From Lama guanicoe (taxonomy: Eukaryota), in assembly GCA_013239625.1 (NCBI GenBank), contig MU053881.1, forward strand, positions 7,339,957 to 7,403,956: a DNA stretch of 64,000 nt, given 5' to 3'. The notes under the pieces are model-generated. The model saw only the letters and a list, made by a program, of their open reading frames with translations, made no database searches and had not been told where the DNA came from. Within the stretch, counting starts at the first letter, position 1. Each line of letters starts with the position of its first letter. Position numbers and translations under genes: made by a program. This document shows, piece after piece, positions 26,741 through 39,930 of this stretch.

Positions 26741-29700
26741 AAGTCAGAACTCTGCAGGGTGAGATGGGCTTCTCTGCAGCTCCCTGGGGTCCTAAACCAA
26801 GAGCTGCTGGGAAGGCCAGGGAATACTGAGTCCATGCTTCCTATTGTACGGATGAAGAGACTGCGGGCCAGAGTGGGGAGGTGACTTGGCTTCACTACCG
26901 GCTTTGAAATGTTATTTGACTGAGGTGGGAAGGAAAAGAGACCTTTAGGCTGTAAGAACAAAATCAAGGCCTTCCACTCAAATTTAAACTTTATAGGAAA
27001 CTGAATTTAATTTCTACCAGCAGGACATTGTGAATTGCTCTAGGTCACAGACTGTGCCAGGGCTATAGCTCAACCCAGAGCTCAGCATCCTTCTCCTTAT
27101 GAGAATCTAACAGGGCAGGACAGACGACACAGAGCCCATGGGGCCAAGACTAGGGCATCTGCCTCAGTGGGCATCCAAGCTGCTCCCTGTTATTCATGTC
27201 ACAAGGAAAGCACCTTAATACCACAGTCTAGCCCAGGGCAGGAAATACATTCTACGCCCATCTAAGTTTTACAAAGGGTAAAAAGCAATTCTGTGGGGAC
27301 GTGGCTTGAATTTGACAGTGGCTACATCATTAAACAAAACTGCTGTAGTCTTATCAATCGTGTGTGTGCATGTGTGTTAATCTTCAAGTCGAGGCTTTTA
27401 ATTGGTGGGAATGAGAAGAAGAGTTGAAGAAAATGACTCCAACTGGGAAAAAGAAAGGAAGCAGAAACCTATTTAGTGTAAAGAGCTTTGCTGTCTCGCC
27501 AGACTCCTCCCTGCACTGGCTGTGTGGCCTTGGACAAATTACGTCTCTGAATCTTACTCTTCTTGTTGATAAAACAGAGACGTGATGCTCATTCAGAGGT
27601 TTATTTCAAGGTGAAAAAAATAAGATAATGCCTTTCACGTGCTTAATATTACAGCTGACACTTCAGTAAATATCAGTTATTCCTGTACACAGAAGTGGTC
27701 ATATTGGCAAACTCTCTGATCTAAGTTACATAAATAAAAAGGAGTATTTCTTAGAAGGAGTGAGTAAGGAAAAATATACATGAGGGTTTTAGATAATATA
27801 GAAGAAATGAGGGGATGTGGGGGGTGGGGCATTCAGCACTGTGGAACCTCCCCTGAGAAGCCTGAAGAGGAAGGAAAAAGAAAGCCTCATCCATCTGCAC
27901 GGCTTTGAATGTGGCTCTGAAGTCAAGGGCACAGCAGTGTGGTTTCAAGGTCCCTCTTTAGCACTTGTTCTTGCACATAGCTTCAGGAGGGAAACATTGT
28001 TCCTGGCTTCAGAACGTCTAGAAAGATGCTTTCAGAAACCGGCTGATGCTGCCAGGGAATGAATCACTGAAGGGCCCGAAGACTCTGACCACAAGGAAAA
28101 CGGGAACAACCTGCGAGGCACTGTTCTGGGGCGTGCGAGCCCGACCGCAGAGGGCACTGAGCTCCCAGGGCTGAGATAAATATAGAGATGCTTGGCTGGC
28201 GTGTGATTCGTTAAGGAGACACTGTGCACAGCTGAGCACTCACTAAATGCAAATGGGGCCCCATATGGTGTGTACAATGCTTTGCACCACCTCCTCCACG
28301 CAGGTACATAAAACAGAGATGCCAACCTCAGGCCAGCAGCCCAGGGAAGCAAAATCAAACCAAGGCAAGCTCAGGCTGCAGAAAGCCAGGAGGAAGATTT
28401 ACCTTAGGATCCAGGGTGGAGCATTTCCTGGCACCTCGGCCCCTTTTCATTCTCTACACCTCGGCCACTTCCAGCTCCTCTGAGCCACTTTCCCAGGCAG
28501 CCTCCTGATCTCTTCCCTGCCTCTTAGAGGCAACACGGACATTTAAGTAAGTCTGCATAGCTTTCAAACCCTGCTCTGCCGCTTCTTAGCTGGGCGATCT
28601 TGGCTAAAGTTCTTAATTTCTAGAAGGCTCAGGTTTCTCACTAGTAGAATGGTACTAGTACTATACAGTTGTCCCGCAATAAAATAATGCCTGTAGAGCA
28701 GCGAGCACCGTGCCTGGCACACAGTTTACACTCAATACATATTAGCTCTTGTTACACAGTATCACTGTTTTCTTCTGGAGCCACTCCTTTTTGCTTTCTA
28801 AGCCTCAGGAGGAAGAAATCATAAGGAGGAACGTCATAAAGACAATTGCCATTAATTGAGCACCGACTGTGTGCCAGGCAGTGCAGTGGAGACAAGCAGG
28901 AGTTAAGACTCAGCCCCTATGCCCAGGGAAATCACGATGCAAACCAATAGGTTAAGCCATGTATTGGCACACAGTGAGTAAAACTGAAAAATGAAAGCTT
29001 AAAATTCCTACTGAGCATTTCTGCAGGGTCAGGCATGGTGCTAAGTTCTTCACATAGATTAGCTCATTTGACAGAGGCTATCTTTATCTACCTTTTATAC
29101 ATAAGACAAAAATTGAAGAGGCATGAGCAAGGGGAACAGAGGCTGAGAGGAGGGAGCAAGGGCTCTGGCCGACACGGACCACAGGGAACACCTGGTGGTT
29201 GCTTCTCAGCCCTCAGCACCCATGCCCTCCAGCCACCACCACAGCCTGCCCCCTCCCCGCAGCAGTCCCAGACAGGCCTCCAGGATTAGACCTGAGCCTG
29301 GCTTGCCTCTGTCTCCCTCACCTGGTCACATCTTGGCTTAAATTTGCTCTTGGCAAGACACACACCTGACTCATTTCACAAATGCCTGGGAGCAAGACCA
29401 GATTAACTGGAAGGGTCTAAAAATGAAAACTATCTTAAATGTCTCTGTGATCTTACACGGAACTGAGCAAAATTACTCAAACAAGGAGGTCACCCCACAC
29501 CATTCTGTTACCTTGCCACACAAGGGAAGATCTTTTTTGCCCCCAATGATGCTAGGCACACGAGGAACACCGCAGAAGGGAGGCCACTTATTTCAAGAAT
29601 TTCCTTAGATTCACGATAACGCACTGCGCACGGCGTTTAACGCAGACTATCATGACAGCGGAAGTTCCGGGTCCGAACACCTCATTCTTTACCATCCCCA

Positions 29701-31757
29701 CCTGCTTGCCTGCCTTCTCCGCTAGAGTGTAAGCTCCATGCAGGCAGAGATCAAGGCTATCTTGTCATAATATCGGCATGTCTAGCAACAGCCATGGAAC
29801 ATCAAAAGTGAGTTTTAAGCAAGTGCACCAACAAATGATAAGGTTTTAAATGAACGAATCTCAGCACCTTCAACATGGCTGTACAGAGATGTCTTATGAG
29901 TCCAGGACTCACAGCAGTTCAGCTAATTCTAATGGTACCCAAACAACATCTTGAGGGTGGCAGTGACAGTCACCTTCAGCCAGGCCACCTTTATTTATTA
30001 TTCTTACTTTTACCACCAAGACGACAACTACCACTGCTGATAGCTGCTACTTATTAAGCATTCACTGTGCACCAGGCACTATGCTGACTGCACAAGGTCA
30101 CCCAGCTAGTACGTAGCAGAGGCAGGATTTGAGCCCAAGAGTGTCTGGCTCCAAAGTCTCGCTCCTTTAACCAGTAGGCAGGGCTGCCTCCAGGGAACAG
30201 AGCACAGTAAGAGCAGATGACCGGGACCCGGAACACGTCAGGGTGGGTAGGAAAGCACCATTTGTCCCCAGGAGGATGCTATGGGGCTGTCTAGGGAAGT
30301 TAGATGGCTAGCTCTAACCTTTTTCTGTCCAAGCTCTAAATCCAAGGTGACTTGGCTGGTGTTCCTACTCCTGAGCCAATAATTCGCTCTATTACAGGAA
30401 GTGTAAATTAGTGACTTTACAAAAAAAAAAGCCATTAAGTCATTGGTGGTTTCAGACGAGTAATTACTCTGGAAAATTCACAGCACTCTAAAACCAGAAT
30501 CTCCCTATCTCTCTACTATCTCTCTCTCTCTCTCCCCTCCCAAGGCCTCCCACCCCACCCACAATTTGGGATAAAGAATAACTGTAGCCAAACCAGTGGC
30601 AGAGGCTGTCTGAAAACCATCCTTGCATTTATTGATCCTACTTACAGAAAGAAACCCTTCAGTGCACTCAGCAAGCGCGTTTAAATCAAAGCAATAGGGC
30701 TGGAAAGGGCTCATGAAAGAGAGGGTCCCCTCCCTGGTTCCCCTTTTCCCCACATGGTCACCATCATCACCCCTTCTCTTACCAACAAGGTCTGCAGACC
30801 TGAAACAATCAGAAATCTGCAGATTAAGACATGGATTTGTGGTGCAATGAGACTGGCGTGAGCTGTGCAGCTCAACAGGAGCCAGAGAAAATTCCTTTTG
30901 AACCGTAACAAAGTTGAAATGTAAAGAGTTATTCTCAGAAGAGAAAAAGTGAAGCTGTATCAGTAAGAAGACTATGTAAGGAGGGGCTAGGATAACCACA
31001 AAGCTGCCAGTGTGAACCATCAAGCCGCCCTAGTGGCCAGAGAGTATTTCCTGCAGATGTGACTGAGCAGTCGATAGGCAGGACTCAGACCAGTTCCTGG
31101 TGCCAATCCTTTTGTCAATGACAGAATTATTTCTACTTGAGCTGTTGCTTCTCCAGAATCTGACATTTGAGGAGGGACTGCCCCTCAGGGCAAACTGTAA
31201 AGAAGTCTCACTAAACAGTCTTCTTCCAGCAGATCACCCCAGGGAAGAATGATTTGTGGGTGAGAAGGGGAAAAAGACAAACTCAACATGTGGGGAATCC
31301 TGTTTTGAAAGATGTCTAGAATGAAGGTACAAAAATTAATGCAATCACTAAAGAAAAACTACCTCAGATAGAAGCGTAAACAGCCTAAATATATATATAA
31401 AAAAATAGAAGTTAACAATATGGAAGAAACGAGAGAAAAACAATCCATTTAAAACATTCACTTTACTTTTAAAATATGGCAACCCTGCGTAATAAATTAA
31501 TAGTAAGTAGGTAATAAAATGCAGGCAAAAGCCTTGAAAAGAACTCTAAGTTATGAATAGAGTGTGATGTGTGCCCTGTGCCATCCTTCATTCTGCTAAG
31601 AGGATCGGCAGCCTTTATGTAATTTGGCAAGAAGAACTAAGTTGTATGTCTGCACTTAGGTAAATTTCTCCATTAGCATGAAAAACGGTATTCAGGGTTT
31701 TTCCCTTAACATAATTAGAAATTGAGAGTTCCAAAAGCAATGTTCCTAAGGAAAGAA

Positions 31758-31818
31758 ACACACACACACACTCACACACACACACTCACACAAACACACA
31801 CACACTCACACACATACA
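31758..31818. repeat. Imperfect (CA)n microsatellite
   Basis: read directly. Confidence 0.9.
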
Positions 31819-32032
31819 GACTTCCATGGTTCCAAGACATACAGAGAAAAATACAGTTTATATAATTTACTCGAAAGAGAAGCTGATACTCAGCACAGTC
31901 CTTCCCGTTCTTTCTTACACAAACTTGGTCTAAAAAGTTTAGGTACTAAAAAAAATCAGGTTTTCACCACTTCTCTTAGCATTTCTTCCCTTGTTTTTTT
32001 TTTTTTAATGAACTGGGAGGTGTCCATAATGT

Positions 32033-32409
32033 CTTTTTTCTTTTATTATTGTATTGAAGTATAGTTGATTTAGAATATTGTGTTAGTTTCGGGTGTACAG
32101 ATGTTGATACAGTATTTCTGCAGATTATATTCCATCACAGGTTATTATAAGATAATGGGTATAATTCTCTGTGCTATACAGTATATCCCTATTGCTTATC
32201 TATTTTAAATACAGTAGTTTGTATCTGTTAATCCCCGTTTCCCCTCCTTCTTGCCTTTGATAACCACCAGTTTGTTTTCTGTATCTGTGAATCTGTTTCC
32301 ACATTGCAAATACATTCATTTGTATTATTTATTAGATTCTACATATAGGGGATAACAGAGTTTTTGTCTTTCTCTGACTTATTTCCCTAAGCTTAATATT
32401 CTCTAGGTC
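32033..32409 (-). mobile_element. L1 3' UTR fragment (laurasiatherian/cetartiodactyl type)
   Basis: T-rich start then ttgaagtatagttgattt...tgtgctatacagt...tctgacttattt, typical reverse-complement L1 3' end. Confidence 0.8.
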
Positions 32410-33539
32410 GTAACAGAAAAAGTTAAGTCGCAGAATGATTACATGCATGTCCACACACATACACTAGTAAAATCTATACATTAAGCTGATCATCTCATTA
32501 CCGCTTAGAAAAGAGATTGTATATATCAACAGTTCCCTTACACACTTTTATATTATATTCTGATTTTATAACGAATAAAAATTACCTTTAATTTTAAAAT
32601 GAGATATCTGCTCTTTCTACTGGGTGAATGTGTCTTCGCCTCCACTTCCTGTCTACAGCAATCCTTTTCCCCAAAGTCCGTCCTGAATTCCCTCATTCTC
32701 ACCATGGGAACTAGACCTGGAGCCAGGCAATCCAGCTCAAGGCCATACAACTGGGGGTAGTTCTCCCTCTACAAGCACTGAGATGCTGATTCTTCACCCC
32801 CCTGCTGGTTCCTGGCATGGACTGCAGCTGGAGAGACAGCTGCCTAAGAAATGTCAAGTTATTATTACTCTAAACGGTGGTCTTGCCGAGACCATCTGAA
32901 CTTTGCCCTTTCAGTCTGTGGCTTCCCGAGAAGGGAAATTAACCCCAGGCTTCCTGCTCTTGCTCCACTGAGAGACTTGACATTTGGTGTGTGGCGTTAA
33001 ATAGAATTTTTAACATTTTCTTTACTAATGGTACTGGTTTTAAAAATGCATGTGCAGTAAAACTCTTTGCTTTGAAATCTGGGAACACCTGAGGAAGTGT
33101 CTGAGTCCAAACACGCTAAGGTTTGCATGACTGGAGACCTCATTTGAGTGCTAGGATGGCTGAGGGCCAGACAAGTTGCCAGCAGAGGGCAGTGTGGCAG
33201 GAAGAGCAGTGGTCTGTGTCCCCGGGACTGAGTGTTAAACCATATTCTAGTGCTCATGTGTGTTGTCATCCTTAGCAGGTCACTTCACTCGGGGCTCTGG
33301 TTCCTTCATTTCTAAGTGGACCACATTACCATTTAGGGACACCTCCAGGACTCCTAACTAGCTTCTTCTGTCAAAGAGTCAGGCTGGGGCATGACAATCG
33401 CCCAAGACCAAGCCTGCTTACACCGTGGAGCTCCCCAACGTGGCATGGCCCCAGGGGTGCCCTGAGGAAGGCAGCGGTGGGTCCTGAGGAGCTTGAGTGT
33501 CGTTCAGTCTTCAAGTCCCATTAATCCACCTCCCCAAGC

Positions 33540-33780
33540 CATTTTGCCAGCTTTACTGAGTAAGACAGGATTGCTACGTAACACTGTGTAAGTTTAAGGT
33601 ATACAATGTGATAATTTGGTACAAGTATATATTGCAGAAGGGTTTCCACAAGAAGGTGAGTTAACACATCCATCACGTCACAAAATGACAAGTTTCTCTG
33701 TGTGTGTGTGTGTTGAAAACATGCACGATCTACTCTCAGCAACTTTCAAGTATATGATGCAAAAATTGTTGACTATAGTC
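33540..33780 (-). mobile_element. L1MA-type 3' end fragment
   Basis: agctttactgag...tttaaggtatacaatgtga...tctactctcagcaactttcaagtata. Confidence 0.7.
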
Positions 33781-34194
33781 AAAGCCATTTCTTATCCTCC
33801 ATCCTCATCAGCACCATTTTTATCCAATTCCCTATCGCCTCCTCCCTGCAGAGTTTTCTGAACCCACCTCCCTTCCCTCACTTTAATTTCCTTTCAATCC
33901 ATTTTTCACACAATGGTCAGAGGGACCGTTTTTAAAACACCAATGTGATCATACGGTTCTCTTGTCCAAAATCCTTTAATAGCTCCCAATTTTCCTCAGG
34001 ATATAGTCCAGATGTCACAGCCTGCTTAAAACAGTAACAATGTCTAATTTGTGGAGTTAGCAAAAAAAAAAAAAAGGCCAAACTGAAATACTGCTTAAAA
34101 CAATAAAACAATAACAATGTCCCCTGAAGGAATGACTCAATTAAGTGAGGGAGCATAGGCTGTGTCTGTCCCCTAACCCAATTCAAGAAGGGGG

Positions 34195-34283
34195 TGTTAC
34201 ACGAATATACGTATGCATATGCATGACTGGGACATTGTGCTGTACACCAGAAATTGACACTGACGGTACTTCAATAAAAAAAA
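34195..34283 (+). mobile_element. Very short L1 3' end with poly(A) tail and ~10-bp TSD
   Basis: similar to the end of the 2411-2725 element (tgtgctgtacaccagaaattgacac...cttcaataaaaa); AAGAAGGGGG at 34185-34194 and 34284-34293. Confidence 0.75.
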
Positions 34284-34559
34284 AAGAAGGGGGGTTATAA
34301 CTTTGAACCTCACAGGAGGTAACCAAAAAGGCTTGTGGGGATTATGAAACACACATTTTTCAGTTTTAAATATGGAATTACTATAATCTAGAACACAAAT
34401 GCCCCACAGGACAACGTGCACTCTGCTTGTACTTCACTCCTTCCTACCCAGGGCTCTGAAATTAACTCGGGGATTAACAATTCCATCACTTCCACTGAGC
34501 TCCCCCTTTCAGGTCCCGCTGATCAGTCACCACTCCCTCTGTAGCTACTTCTAAACTCT

Positions 34560-35290
34560 GTCTCTGTGTCCTCCTTAACACTAGACCAGGCAGCCGCCCC
34601 CAACCCGTCTGTGCAGCACATGACACAAGCCCTCCTCGCCATCTAAGTGTCAGCATGCTACCCCACGTGCAAGCATTTTCAGCTAAATGTCTGCTGAGGA
34701 CTTTGTAATACACTTAGAATAAACCTTGCATGGTAGGCGCTGCCTATTTCTCCAAGCTCATCTTTCTCCTAATCTCCCCTGTGCTCTCTGGACTTCAGCC
34801 ACATGCGTCTTCCCTAAGTATCTGAAAAAAACTCTTTCAAGCTCTTTCTTATTCAAGATCACTTGCTCAGACTTCCCCTCTCTGAAGGACTCTTCCTTCC
34901 ATCCCTGTGTGGCTGGTTCATTCCCATCCTTCACATCTCAGTTTAAACGTTACTTCATCAGAATCCTCACAGTAACACTTAAGTAATCCCAACTTTAGAC
35001 AAGGAAGCTAAGGCACAGAGGTTAGGTCATTTGCCCCCAGTTACACAGGGGGTCATTGGAATTCTTCACCAGTGTGCTGTACCATTTATTTCTACTACTT
35101 GCTTATTCCCTTTACTGGCATTTATCATGATTTGCAACTACTTGGTGTATTTATTTTAATTTTTATCTCCCACAGTATTAATAAGGGAAGAATGAGGGCC
35201 GGGCTACATCTGTTTTGTTCACTGCAGTATCTTCGAATGGAACTTCCAAACAGTAAGACTCGAAAATGTGCATTAAATGAATGAATGAGT
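34560..35290 (+). mobile_element. L2 3' region, interrupted by a MIR piece near 34985-35050
   Basis: ccatccttcacatctcagtttaaa...ttgttcactgcagtatc, ending in (tgaa)n at ~35277-35288. Confidence 0.6.
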
Positions 35291-36309
35291 TGAACTGAGT
35301 TGAATTAATGTGTCTTTGCAAATGGCTACATTAGGAGAGCAGATCTGGGACACGGAGGGACCAGTTTGGAGATTTCAAGGACAGCGACCAAATGCACCTC
35401 ATTACCAAGTCCTTTTTAATTTTCCATCCACCCCAAAGATACAATAAGAAATAAGCCCAACAATTGAGTAATATATTATTTCCTACTAAGGAAACAAATT
35501 CTGCTTCGGGGTAATGCCTGCCTCAAGGGCATTTGAAGTGGATCACAAAGTACATCTACTACATCTAGTCATTCTGATTCAGTTCAGCTTCTCTGACAAT
35601 TGGGTTAGCTTGGTGAATTTCACCCCTCTGGCAAACGAGACCTTTATTATCCTGCACATTCCTATTTAGTTACAGGAGATTTGCAAACACATTTCTAAAT
35701 CTACATAGTTATTCAGGAAATTGATCTTCCACCCAAGTCATTCTCTGAGGAATTGTCAACCTCAGCATTTGACAGAAACAGCCATTTCTGTGCGAAGGCA
35801 AAGGTTCTGCCAGCAAGCTAGCTCCCAGACTTCTAACAAGGAGTTAACGAGGGAAGGAGATGGTCTACTGCTTCCGCCTAAAAGGATGAATATCTCATGT
35901 CCTCCATGGCTTTTCCCTTCACTATCTACAGCACGGATAGTCTTGTTCGGCAAAATTAAGCCATTTAAAGGGACAATGGACGCAAACAAGACCAGCAGCT
36001 TACATTTTGCTGTTAAGTGGAGTATAAGATTGGTGACAACAGGAAACCATTGACCCAGCCTCTGAAGGATGGAGGGGGAAGCCAGTCTAGGATTACAGCC
36101 TGGCAAAAAAACAATCCACAGCGTAAGTAATTCGTACACAGATGATGAGAAATAATTGTCAAAACCCCACTCCCTTTGGCCTCCTGATTGCTTATTAGGA
36201 AAGATGCTAAACTCTGGACAGAGGTTTGGCTGATTCACCAAAGATCTCCTAATTGCAAAATAATTTGCCTCTGATGAGTTTCCAGTTCCCAGGACCTCAC
36301 TGTAGCAGC

Positions 36310-36990
36310 TGATACGGCTGATGTTCCCTCCTTGAAGTGCTCCCTTCCCTGGGACTCTCCCTCGCTCATCCCTCCAACATGCTAATTGCCTGCATTTCAT
36401 TCTGAGTTTACAGCATTGCTCACCTTGTGCTACAGCTTCAAATACCCCTTTCTCCCAAAGAAGATCAATTTCTACCAAAACCGTATCTCCATTCTCCACT
36501 CCCCTGAACTCCAAATCTGAAACTAACTGTCTGCTATACATTTCCATCTGGCTACACCAGTAAACACTTCCAGCTTTACAAGACCCGAACCAAACACATC
36601 ATTTCCCACCCCACCCCCAGAATTTGTTCCTTCCCTCCTCACGCATCAATGCCGAGCAATGTCAGTCAAATGGGCTACAAAGTTCAGCGTCAGATCAGCC
36701 TATTGATCCCGTCTGTCAATTCCACTCCCGCACTCAATTACTTAGGGCAATCCTGCCATCCACAGACCCCATATCTTCTTCCTTTCCTTCCTCTCCAGCC
36801 CCACTGTGACCACCTCAGTTTAAGTCCCCTTGCCTGGGTTACTGCAAAAGCTTCCTTACTGGTCGCCTGCCTCCCCTCCTCCACACCATCTTCCACATAC
36901 TAACCTTACGTCTGCAGTAATCTTTCTAAAACATGAACCTTATCATATTAATCCCCTGTTTTAGAACTTCAGTGCCCACCCGCTGCCAAA
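36310..36990 (+). mobile_element. L2 fragment
   Basis: ctcccctgaactccaaat...catttccatctgg...tgcaaaagcttccttactggtc...taatctttctaaaaca. Confidence 0.7.
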
Positions 36991-39514
36991 ATCTGGGATT
37001 TCCAAAGCTGCTATGAGAAAAAAAATTTTTTAAGAATGATTTCAACAGATGCTTATTTATTGATAAATTATATCCACAAACTAATCTAAGTCAAATAGTT
37101 ACAAAGTTTAATTTCTTCATCTTGTGACAAAGTGAAGAAATTTTAATATTTTTGTCTGATCCCAGTGGATCAGTGTGTACCCCAGTGTGTACCCCTCTGT
37201 GCTCTGAGGACGGAGGGCATCACATGTGCCAATATCCCCCAGCCGGGAAGTGACGAGGTCACACTCCCTGATCCAGTGCTCAAAGTACTTCACAACTTAG
37301 CCTCAGCCCCCCTCCTCAGACACATCCTCACTCCTCCGCCACCGCAGCTTCACCCACCTAGCTATTCACGGGGTGGGCACAGAAGAGCGCAAAGGACAGA
37401 GGCTTTGCTGTCAGATCCCTCCCTGCCGACATCTAGCTGTGTGACCTAGAGTCACTTTCTGCACCTCTCTGGGCCTCAATTTCCCCTTCTGTAAAATGAC
37501 TATAATAATATCTGTTCTTTGCAGGGTTGTCGTAAGTATTAAGCGAGGTAGAGTGAAACGTGATACAGAGCCAGTCACAGAGGAGGGGCTTTATAAATGG
37601 TACCTTAGGGTAGCAGGAGTAATTGGAAGTTCTACATAATTCCTGATTATTTTTTCTTCCACGGGCGGGCTTCTTACATACCTTTCAATGTCTACTTTAA
37701 AAGACTACCTCCTCTGCAAAGAATTACCGATTCCCCCGAGGTGGAGTCCGTCATTCAAACCGGTCTGCCCCCAGGAACCACTCGCAGGCCTCTCCTGAAC
37801 CACAACCCTGGTCCTTGCAAACTCCAGGCACGTGGGCATCTGACTGCTGGCATGTGTGTCTCATCTTGTCCACTAAGTTGCCACTGCTCGAGGACATCTG
37901 ACACTAAATTTCAGCATTCCCAGCACTTAACAAAGTCCCTAGCACAGAATAGGTGCTCAGTAAAAGTTGATCAATATTTCCATTTGCAAAGGGAAAAGAG
38001 GACTGTTTAAAAGTGCATGCATGTGCACAATTTCACGTTATAGTAAGGACAACTTACTTAACAGTTTACAAAGTGCTTTCACAAGTTTGTAGGAAAACAG
38101 GCTAACACCTCCGTCTCTGCCCTGTAGCAATTCATAAAATAGACAATAAATTAAAGAGAAGTAACTGTTTGACAACATCCCTTTGATGACAGTTTTCTCT
38201 TCCACCCTGATCTGATGCCAAGTTAATGTGATCATAAAATAATCCCATTAACTGCAATTGTGTAGTTTACTGAGCCATTACTGTCATCAGAAAGTGAAAT
38301 AATATTCAAAGCTGAAAACAGAGGCTTACACAGGAATAAATGGCATTAACATGCAAACAAATTACATGCCGGAGAAACGGGAATAGCCACATGACCCGCG
38401 TTCCAACTCGTGCTCCGCACAAACCGATGATTACATTTTAATACTTACTCATACGTGAACAATGAAAACAAGTCACACCGGCAAGTACCTCCAAGTTAAA
38501 TTCATATTTGTTTAAAAAGGCAGAGGCTTATGTATTCCCTCTGACTGCAGGCAAGACTGGGCCTGCCTGAGCTTCATTCAGACAACCTTGCTGCCTAACA
38601 TATTCATGACCTGGAGGATAAACTAGTATAGAATATTTACATATGAAGAAATTGAACTGGTGGAAGGAAGAGACGGGAGCCAGGGGAGGTGGGGGTGGGA
38701 CGGGTAGAGTAAAGCAAGGTGCAAAATGAAAAGGCAAAAGCAAGCGTTACAGAGCATCAGACCATCTGATGCTGAAGGCAATTAGAGAGAGGGCAAGGAT
38801 GTCTGACCCTGAGTGAGCAGAGCTAGACTGGAAGCGTCCGCTGGAGGTGAGAACTGTGCTCCTTTGAGCCTGTGTTAATGGAGCGGCAGCCTCAGTGCAG
38901 GCAAATGACACTGTGCACACACGCCATGGCCAGCATTTCCGGGTCCCAAGTGAGGGTCGGGGAGCAGAAGAACTCCTAGAGATGCTGCTGCTCCCATTAG
39001 GATGCTGTGTGCATTCCTCTTTCCCTGACCAGTAGCTTGTTTCCAAGGGGTGTGAGCTCACCTGGGCCAGCCCCACGTCAGCTTTTCCTCATTCATTTCT
39101 TGGGAGGATGTGAGGATAAACTCACTGTTGCCTGGACAGCTTTGCCATGCTGGTGGGGATGCCCTTCCTGACAGCTCCTGCTCCAAGTCATCGTTCTCTT
39201 CACTGAAGTCTTACTGTGCTTAGGGATGGATGGCTGCACCTAAACTCATGCAGCCTCGCCCCTCCCAGCAGCCCCAGCAGCACCCAGCAGGTAGACGCTC
39301 CCGCCGGAGCTGATCTCTCTCTCAGGACAGCCCCCTCCCATTGGCCAACCACACTTGTATGGTCCGGAAAAGGCTCCGGTTCTCAAAACTGCTTAATCAG
39401 ATGAGGTAGAACGAGAAGCCTTGCTCTCCGGACTCAGCTATGCGCCCTTTGGGCTTGGGTCTAAGCCTCAGCCTGGTCACCCGTGGAAGGGGGCTGGAAG
39501 GGCTGTCCCATCTC

Positions 39515-39930
39515 TTATTGAAGGAGAGCCTACTGTGTGCTGCGTGCTGTCCTCAGTGCTTGGAATGCAGTAGAGTCAGAGTCCCGTCCTCAAGGAGCTG
39601 ACACTCTAGCCGGCAGAGGGCAGTGATAATTAAAACAAAAGCATGACTTATCATGGTACAGTATGTTAACATGTATTTAGTTCCACGGGGAGGAAAAAGA
39701 CAAAGCAGAGTGAATGGGAGGGCGGTCAGAAGTGCAGAAGGCAGGGGTTGCCACTGCACCGAGGGGAGGGAAGGAGACATTTGAACAAAGTTGTGAAAGA
39801 GGTGAGGGGGTGAGCAAGCCGGTGTCTGGGGAAGGGTGCAAAGGCCCTGCGTCAGGAACTTGAGCCACGACAAGGCCACCTATGGGGCTGGCGGGGAGTG
39901 AGAGAGGAACAGGAGATGAAGTCAGGAGAT
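39515..39930 (-). mobile_element. L2 3' region
   Basis: cctactgtgtgc...tcctcaaggagctgacactctag...gacatttgaacaaag...tgcaaaggccctg. Confidence 0.7.

Noticed and set aside
27060..27085. gggctatagctcaa resembling a tRNA or tRNA-SINE 5' end
   Set aside because: No B-box, cloverleaf or tail follows
30505..31023. 172-aa minus-strand ORF and similar 100-170 aa intronic ORFs
   Set aside because: No homology recognised; several track ORFs use non-ATG starts or cross simple repeats
31022..31040. CTCF-like GCCGCCCTAGTGGCC
   Set aside because: Spacing differs from the CCACTAGRKGGC core and there is no supporting context
35762..36547. Longest ORF (261 aa, minus strand)
   Set aside because: Begins antisense within an L2 relic; no recognisable domain or splice context, so most likely a chance ORF
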